DNA of 64,000 bases, taken from a virus. The stretch is taken from positions 2,837 through 66,836 of IMG/VR virus record IMGVR_UViG_3300002219_000010. One strand, given 5' to 3'. A model generated the notes under the pieces. That model had not been told where the DNA came from, ran no database searches, and worked only from the letters and a program-made list of their open reading frames with translations. Below are positions 58,913 through 64,000 of this stretch, piece after piece (within the stretch, counting starts at the first letter, position 1; each line of letters begins with the position of its first letter). The position numbers were made by a program, and so were the translations under genes.

Positions 58913-59106
58913 AACCGCCTAAAACCCGAAAAAGAGGAAGACGTGTAGGTTCTCATCCAATACCAGAGAAATATTATACCGAAATCACCAGACGAGCAAA
59001 AAACGAACTCCTGTCATCAATTGCCAAGGATTTCGATGTGTCACCAACAACCATTGGACGAATAGTAAAAAAAGTAGAAAACAAATTTAAATCTATGTGT
59101 GGGTGA
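58909..59106 (+). CDS. HTH protein
   Basis: LSSIAKDFDVSPTTIGRIV. Confidence 0.7.
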   Translation: MKPPKTRKRGRRVGSHPIPEKYYTEITRRAKNELLSSIAKDFDVSPTTIGRIVKKVENKFKSMCG

Positions 59107-59111
59107 TATAA

Positions 59112-59276
59112 TTGACAAAATATAATGTTTTGGTGGATATAGTCGGCACCGCCAGCGTAATGGTAGAAGCAGACAACGAAGCAGATGCCGAAGAAGTAGC
59201 AATAGAAGCAGTTAACGATGGTGAAGGCGAAATCGATTATGAACCCCTTGGCATATGCGAGATAACACCACAATGA
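59112..59276 (+). CDS. Small acidic protein (54 aa, not in the ORF track)
   Basis: TTG start after GGTGA; KYNV...VEADNEADAEEVA; ATGA overlap with the next gene. Confidence 0.55.
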   Translation: MTKYNVLVDIVGTASVMVEADNEADAEEVAIEAVNDGEGEIDYEPLGICEITPQ

Positions 59277-59560
59277 CTCCGCGTCTGAGACAAGGAATGA
59301 GCAAGAGACAGATCACAGAAGACGCTCGTGCTCTAGATGGGATCATAAAATACATGTTACAGCAATCTCCCATCACTATCAGAGACCTGGTAATGACGCA
59401 AAATCTCGAACCGAAACCGGTATTGCGTCTACTAAAGATCTTGGCCAAAGCCAATATCATTGAAAAAGTCGGAAAGAGACAGTGGATACTCACCATTCAA
59501 TTCGCTTTCGATCCTCAATACGATGCAAATAAAATTGCACTGGAGGCTGCAACATGTTAA
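59273..59560 (+). CDS. Winged-helix protein
   Basis: PITIRDLV.......VLRLLKIL...NII. Confidence 0.6.
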   Translation: MTPRLRQGMSKRQITEDARALDGIIKYMLQQSPITIRDLVMTQNLEPKPVLRLLKILAKANIIEKVGKRQWILTIQFAFDPQYDANKIALEAATC

Positions 59561-59617
59561 CCAACCGAGAAAAAAACACACTCCAGAGAGTAATATTCGT
59601 ACTCAGACAACTGGCAG

Positions 59618-59840
59618 GTCAACGACCCACGACTAAAGTCGTGGGCATGATCTAATGGCTGGATCATAGTAATCGTTAGACTAGACCACAAATCGCATTA
59701 TGGGCTACAAGAACGGCAGAACGCTTCCCTAATTCTGCCCTCTTCCGGCTGCGCCAAATCCGAAGAGTTCTGTTGATCGGAACTCTAAGCCTGTCTTGCA
59801 AGGTCGAAGGGAAATTCAACCCAGGTTTAACCTGGAGGAG
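59618..59840 (+). ncRNA. omegaRNA scaffold of IsrB
   Basis: ~220-nt structured leader upstream of the PLMP ORF; CTTCCCT / GAAGGGAA complementarity. Confidence 0.7.
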
Positions 59841-60910
59841 TAGAATATGCGCGTACCTGTACTCGATTCAAGGAAGAAACCGTTGATGCCAACCACTTCA
59901 GCCAAGGCTAGAATCCTTATCAAAACTGGTAAGGCGAAGCCTTATTGGAATAAGTTAGGCATCTTCTGTATCATCCTAACGAGAGAAGTTGAACCCGATA
60001 ACCAGCAAATAGCAGTTGGAATTGACCCCGGATCATCATTCGAAGGTTGGTCTGTGGTCGGTACCAAAACAACCATCTTGAACGGCATGTCTGAGGCACC
60101 AACTTATATCAAGAAGGCTGTGGAAGTTCGCAGAACAATGCGTCGCGCACGGAGACACAGAAATCTTCGTAGGCGCGAAGCACGATTTGATAACAGATTG
60201 AGGAATAAGGCATCGCTGCCACCATCAACCTTAGCCAGGTGGAACGCGAAACTCAGGATATTGAATCAGTTGCTCAAGGTTCTGCCCATCTCAGACGTTA
60301 TTGTGGAAGATGTTCAAGCCAAGTCCAAGAATAATTGTAAGAAGTGGAACCTGTGCTTCAGTCCGATTGAAGCCGGTAAGAACTGGTTCTACAACCAAAT
60401 CAGGAACCTTGGTCTGAAGTTGCATCTCAAACAAGGATACGAAACCAAGACTCTTCGCGAGAAGTTTAACTTGAAAAAGTCTTCGCAGAAGAGTAAGCAA
60501 ACGTTTGCGTCTCATGCAGTTGATGCGTGGGTATTAGCAGCAGATGTGGTTGGCGCGATTAAGCCAACCTGTTTGGAATTGATCTATTGGACGCCAATCA
60601 GGTTGCATAGAAGACAGTTACATAGGTTCGAACCAACAACAGGAGGATTGAGGTCGTCTTATGGCGGAACAAGGTCAATGGGATTGACCAGAGGAACGTT
60701 GGTCAAGCACATCAAGTATGGCTTGACCTACATAGGCGGAACTCTGAAGAACAGAGTTTCACTGCATAGCGTTAAGACAGGTAAAAGGGTGACACAGGGC
60801 GCAAAGATTCTGGATTGTCGGATCTTGACCAGGATATCCTGGCGGGGGTACGCTCCTCCCATGACTAAAGTCATGGGTTTCCGCTACTCCCTGCGCCCCC
60901 GCGAGGTTTC
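59618..60910 (+). mobile_element. IS200/IS605-superfamily IsrB element (no TnpA)
   Basis: Begins GTCAACGACCCACGACTAAAGTCGTGGG; matching hairpin CCCATGACTAAAGTCATGGG near the right end; followed by ATGA. Confidence 0.85.
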
Positions 60911-60914
60911 ATGA
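59847..60914 (+). CDS. isrB: IsrB RNA-guided nickase (IscB family lacking HNH)
   Basis: PLMP domain, RuvC-I GIDPG, Arg-rich bridge helix, RuvC-II VED, RuvC-III HAVDA; 355 aa with no HNH. Confidence 0.85.
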   Translation: MRVPVLDSRKKPLMPTTSAKARILIKTGKAKPYWNKLGIFCIILTREVEPDNQQIAVGIDPGSSFEGWSVVGTKTTILNGMSEAPTYIKKAVEVRRTMRRARRHRNLRRREARFDNRLRNKASLPPSTLARWNAKLRILNQLLKVLPISDVIVEDVQAKSKNNCKKWNLCFSPIEAGKNWFYNQIRNLGLKLHLKQGYETKTLREKFNLKKSSQKSKQTFASHAVDAWVLAADVVGAIKPTCLELIYWTPIRLHRRQLHRFEPTTGGLRSSYGGTRSMGLTRGTLVKHIKYGLTYIGGTLKNRVSLHSVKTGKRVTQGAKILDCRILTRISWRGYAPPMTKVMGFRYSLRPREVS

Positions 60915-61005
60915 TGCAGATAGCAGCAAAACAGCTGATATAATCATGGACGACATAGCGACATTACAAGAGATAATCAAAAAATCGGACAACGGGGTAG
61001 AATAA

Positions 61006-61263
61006 ATGCCAAAAAAAGTATATTTTGTTCGTCTGCCAATTGCAGGAATAGTTTCGAACTATTTTCTGGCAGAAGATGAAAAAGACGCGATCAGACAAGC
61101 TCTCGAATCAGAAGTATTTGGGAGAATCGATACAGAAAACAACTGGGAACTCGATGAACTGAATGTTCATCAGTATCTGTTTCAAGGAAATATAGATTAT
61201 ACGAGCCTGTCAAAAGCATCCGCCAAAGAATCAGATGAACTCAACCCAGAGGATTTCGAATGA
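61006..61263 (+). CDS. Small acidic hypothetical protein
   Basis: KVYFV...LAEDEKDAI..A. Confidence 0.6.
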   Translation: MPKKVYFVRLPIAGIVSNYFLAEDEKDAIRQALESEVFGRIDTENNWELDELNVHQYLFQGNIDYTSLSKASAKESDELNPEDFE

Positions 61264-61278
61264 CGCGAATTATAACCG

Positions 61279-63846
61279 ATGCCAAGATGTCGGTTTCAGG
61301 GGGCTATACGAACGGAACTCCAAATAATTGATGCAACATATGGTTATGATGCGGATGGGCTCCCCGTCATAACTCTTTTCGGCCTGACAAAAGAAGGAGA
61401 TCCTGTCACAAAGTATGTCACGGGGTTTCTTCCCTACTTCTACATAGATTCGGACAACGTTGAGGGAATAGACCAGCTATTAACGGGCATCGCCGATTCT
61501 ATCGGGATCATGATAAAAACCGATGTTGTAGATCGTTTCGGCCCCCTGGGATATCAATCCAGACCACGAAAAATGATAAAGGTAACGACCCGCAATCCGA
61601 AAGATGTGAAAATCCTCCGGGAATTTTGCGAGCAAAGCCACTACACTACCCATGAAAGTGACATTTTTTTCAAGGATCGCTTCATGGTGGATCATGAGTT
61701 GTCGGGTATGAGTTGGTGTATAGTTCCGAAAAAACAATACATCCATCATATGGATATTATTCCCCAGGGAGATCGAACCAATGCACCATTGAGGATAATG
61801 GCCATTGATATCGAGGCTATACCAAAAGAGAACGGTGGACTGCCAACCTCAGATGAAGATCCGATAGTTTTGATCAGTCTGGCCTTTGATCCACCGTGGA
61901 GAGGGCAAGAAAACGTTGTCATGGTGGCCAAAAACATCAAATGCACCCGAAAAGACGTGATTCCATCCGAGGGGGAAGATGACATGCTTCGCAAGCTGGG
62001 ATTCATCCTGGATGAGTATGATCCAACCGTGATAGGAGGATACAACTCAAACGGGTTTGATATCCCGTATATAACCGATAGGGCCAAAAGGCTGGGAGTT
62101 TCCCTCTCAATGTCCAGGGATGGGAGATCTGCGTGGTGCAAGAGTTATATGGGCAAGAGCACCGTCTCACTGAACGGACGAATTTCACTTGACATGCTTC
62201 CAGCAGTTAAAGCATTGGATAAATACCGATTGAAGAGTTATCGTCTGGCAAACGTGGCCAAAGAAATTTTAGATATCGAGAAGCTGGATGTTAAACCGGG
62301 TGAAATGCGAGAATTGTGGTCCGGACCAGGAATCAACAAATTCATCTCATATTCAAGACGTGACGCATTGCTGGTCTTGGAGCTGATCAAAAAAACAGGA
62401 GTCCTTGAAAAGTACATTGCTCTGGCCAAGGCAAGCGGGGCATTCCTGCAAGTCGTAGTTAATGGCGGCCAAAGCAGTATGATCGAGGCCAAGCTCCTTC
62501 GGGAATACAATGCAGAGGGCTATGTAATGGGCACTAAAATGGCTCTGGAAGATGATGATATAGCCCAGGTTGAAGGTGCAATTGTTCTCGATCCAGAAAT
62601 CGGCCTAACCGAGAATGTGGTTATACTCGATTTCAAATCACTATACCCAACAACCATGATCGCCAGAAACCTATGCTACACGACCGAAATCAGAGACGAA
62701 TGTCCAGACTGCAACATCACGATATCTCCTAGCGGCGGACGATTTGTACCTCCGGAAATCAGGCGGGGTATAGTACCAAGGGTATTAGAAAAGTTGCTGG
62801 ACGAACGCATAAAGGCCAAGAAAGCAATGAAGTTGCCTGGGATATCCGAGGAAGAAAAGCGGCAACTAGATGCCAAGCAATATGCTATGAAGATATTGCT
62901 GAACAGCTTCTATGGCTACTCGGGATACGCTCGAGCAAGACTGTATAGCCCAGTGATTGCCAACTCAGTGACCAGCTATGGAAGAGAAAATCTACTCAGA
63001 ACTCGAAAAATAGTTGAAAAACACGGGCTTTTTACACTGGATAATGAACCATTTGAACTAAAAACGATAGCAGGCGACACCGACAGTATTTTTATATCTA
63101 TAACCGGAAATATTGACTTTTGTAAAGCTAAACAAATAGGAAAAAAGATCGCATCCATCGTTACAGCAGACCTACCAAAGCCAATGGAACTAGTTTTCGA
63201 AGCATTTGCCAAAAGAATACTCATTTTGGCAAAGAAACACTATGCCATGTACAGGTTTGAAACAGAGGATAGGGGTGAAATAAAAGCAAAAGGAATAGAA
63301 ACAGTCCGACGAGACTGGTGCAACTTCACATCAATGGGGCTTACAAAATGTCTGGAGATCATACTGGTCGAAGGCGATGTGGACGCAGCTCTTGCCCAGG
63401 CCAGAAAAACCATAGCCTCCATAAAGAACCCAACCCCGGACATCTTTAACGATCTGATTATGTCAAGAACATTGACCAGAAAACCGGAAAACTATATGCA
63501 ACCGCAACCGCATGCAGAACTTGTCAAGAAACTTGAGCATCGAGGGGTTTTCAAATATGCAATCGGAGATAGAGTTCCTTTTATCATCATCGCGAGCCAA
63601 CGAAAAGCAGGCCGCCGAGCAGAAATGATGACATTGCGGGCCGAAGATCCTGAGTACGTAGTCGAAAACAACCTAAAAATAGACACGGACTACTATCTAT
63701 CCAAGCAACTGCTTCCTCCCTTATTAAGGATGTTCGAAAGCTTTGGGATAAATGAGCTGGACCTATTGCAGCCATCCCGCCAACAATCCTTAACAAACTT
63801 TGAAATAGGAGAAACGCCACAGATTCAGAAGAGGTGTACAATATGA
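61279..63846 (+). CDS. polB: Family B DNA polymerase (RNA-primed, archaeal type) with a PIP box
   Basis: DIE, YNSNGFD, DFKSLYP, KILLNSFYG, GDTDS, KKHY, KGIETVRRD; C-terminal QQSLTNF. Confidence 0.97.
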   Translation: MPRCRFQGAIRTELQIIDATYGYDADGLPVITLFGLTKEGDPVTKYVTGFLPYFYIDSDNVEGIDQLLTGIADSIGIMIKTDVVDRFGPLGYQSRPRKMIKVTTRNPKDVKILREFCEQSHYTTHESDIFFKDRFMVDHELSGMSWCIVPKKQYIHHMDIIPQGDRTNAPLRIMAIDIEAIPKENGGLPTSDEDPIVLISLAFDPPWRGQENVVMVAKNIKCTRKDVIPSEGEDDMLRKLGFILDEYDPTVIGGYNSNGFDIPYITDRAKRLGVSLSMSRDGRSAWCKSYMGKSTVSLNGRISLDMLPAVKALDKYRLKSYRLANVAKEILDIEKLDVKPGEMRELWSGPGINKFISYSRRDALLVLELIKKTGVLEKYIALAKASGAFLQVVVNGGQSSMIEAKLLREYNAEGYVMGTKMALEDDDIAQVEGAIVLDPEIGLTENVVILDFKSLYPTTMIARNLCYTTEIRDECPDCNITISPSGGRFVPPEIRRGIVPRVLEKLLDERIKAKKAMKLPGISEEEKRQLDAKQYAMKILLNSFYGYSGYARARLYSPVIANSVTSYGRENLLRTRKIVEKHGLFTLDNEPFELKTIAGDTDSIFISITGNIDFCKAKQIGKKIASIVTADLPKPMELVFEAFAKRILILAKKHYAMYRFETEDRGEIKAKGIETVRRDWCNFTSMGLTKCLEIILVEGDVDAALAQARKTIASIKNPTPDIFNDLIMSRTLTRKPENYMQPQPHAELVKKLEHRGVFKYAIGDRVPFIIIASQRKAGRRAEMMTLRAEDPEYVVENNLKIDTDYYLSKQLLPPLLRMFESFGINELDLLQPSRQQSLTNFEIGETPQIQKRCTI

Positions 63847-64000
63847 GGATACTTCCTATAATCGTACTGTTGGTGTTCGTGGGTGTAGTTGCCGCGATCC
63901 AGCCTGTTCAGCTGTCAGGAACAAACCCGGACTTCGCAAAGGCCCTTGCTAAGAACAACAGCCTGGACTGGTCCATCGAAACCAACATGAGCATAGGACC
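63843..64000 (+). CDS. Partial secreted or membrane protein (runs off the window)
   Basis: MRILPIIVLLVFVGVVAA signal-like N-terminus. Confidence 0.5.
   Translation, partial: MRILPIIVLLVFVGVVAAIQPVQLSGTNPDFAKALAKNNSLDWSIETNMSIG

Larger units (their letters stand above)
59554..61005 (+). pseudogene. 52-aa ORF interrupted by the IsrB element
   Basis: Joining 59617 to 60911 restores MLTNREKNTLQRVIFVLRQLADDADSSKTADIIMDDIATLQEIIKKSDNGVE*. Confidence 0.75.

Noticed and set aside
61279..63846. Protein-primed PolB or intein
   Set aside because: No TPR-type insertions recognised, normal length, PIP box present, no intein motifs
1..64000. Integrase/att sites and pyrrolysine (TAG) read-through
   Set aside because: No integrase or host chromosomal genes recognised; the TAG stop I inspected (13392) showed no meaningful in-frame continuation, and this was not checked exhaustively

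Overview
The window looks like part of a large, non-chromosomal dsDNA element, most likely a virus of a Methanosarcinales/Methanotrichales-type methanogen. The host inference rests on MC1, DUF1699, a methanogen-type wHTH regulator and archaeal BRE/TATA promoters. Layout: (1) primase-polymerase/helicase followed by an iteron-like AT-rich origin (0.9-4.1 kb); (2) nucleotide/Fe-S genes (5.5-9.6 kb); (3) a 1.2-kb non-coding, compositionally skewed terminus-like region, then a promoter-led ~1-kb highly structured non-coding RNA candidate containing an armless mini-tRNA (11.0-12.0 kb); (4) an early-like region of small ORFs (12-20 kb); (5) a RadB-like ATPase and MC1; (6) a minus-strand virion-like module with beta-helix/propeller adhesins and two candidate jelly-roll capsid proteins, with no HK97 capsid, portal or terminase recognised (24-38 kb); (7) a ferredoxin-thioredoxin-reductase-like protein; (8) two thermonuclease genes flanking a 3145-aa giant protein; (9) ERCC4 nuclease, thymidylate synthase, MazG-like and PolB genes. 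IS200/IS605-superfamily RNA-guided elements (TnpB, IsrB) and several miniature derivatives are inserted. All family calls come from motif recognition by eye; no searches were run.
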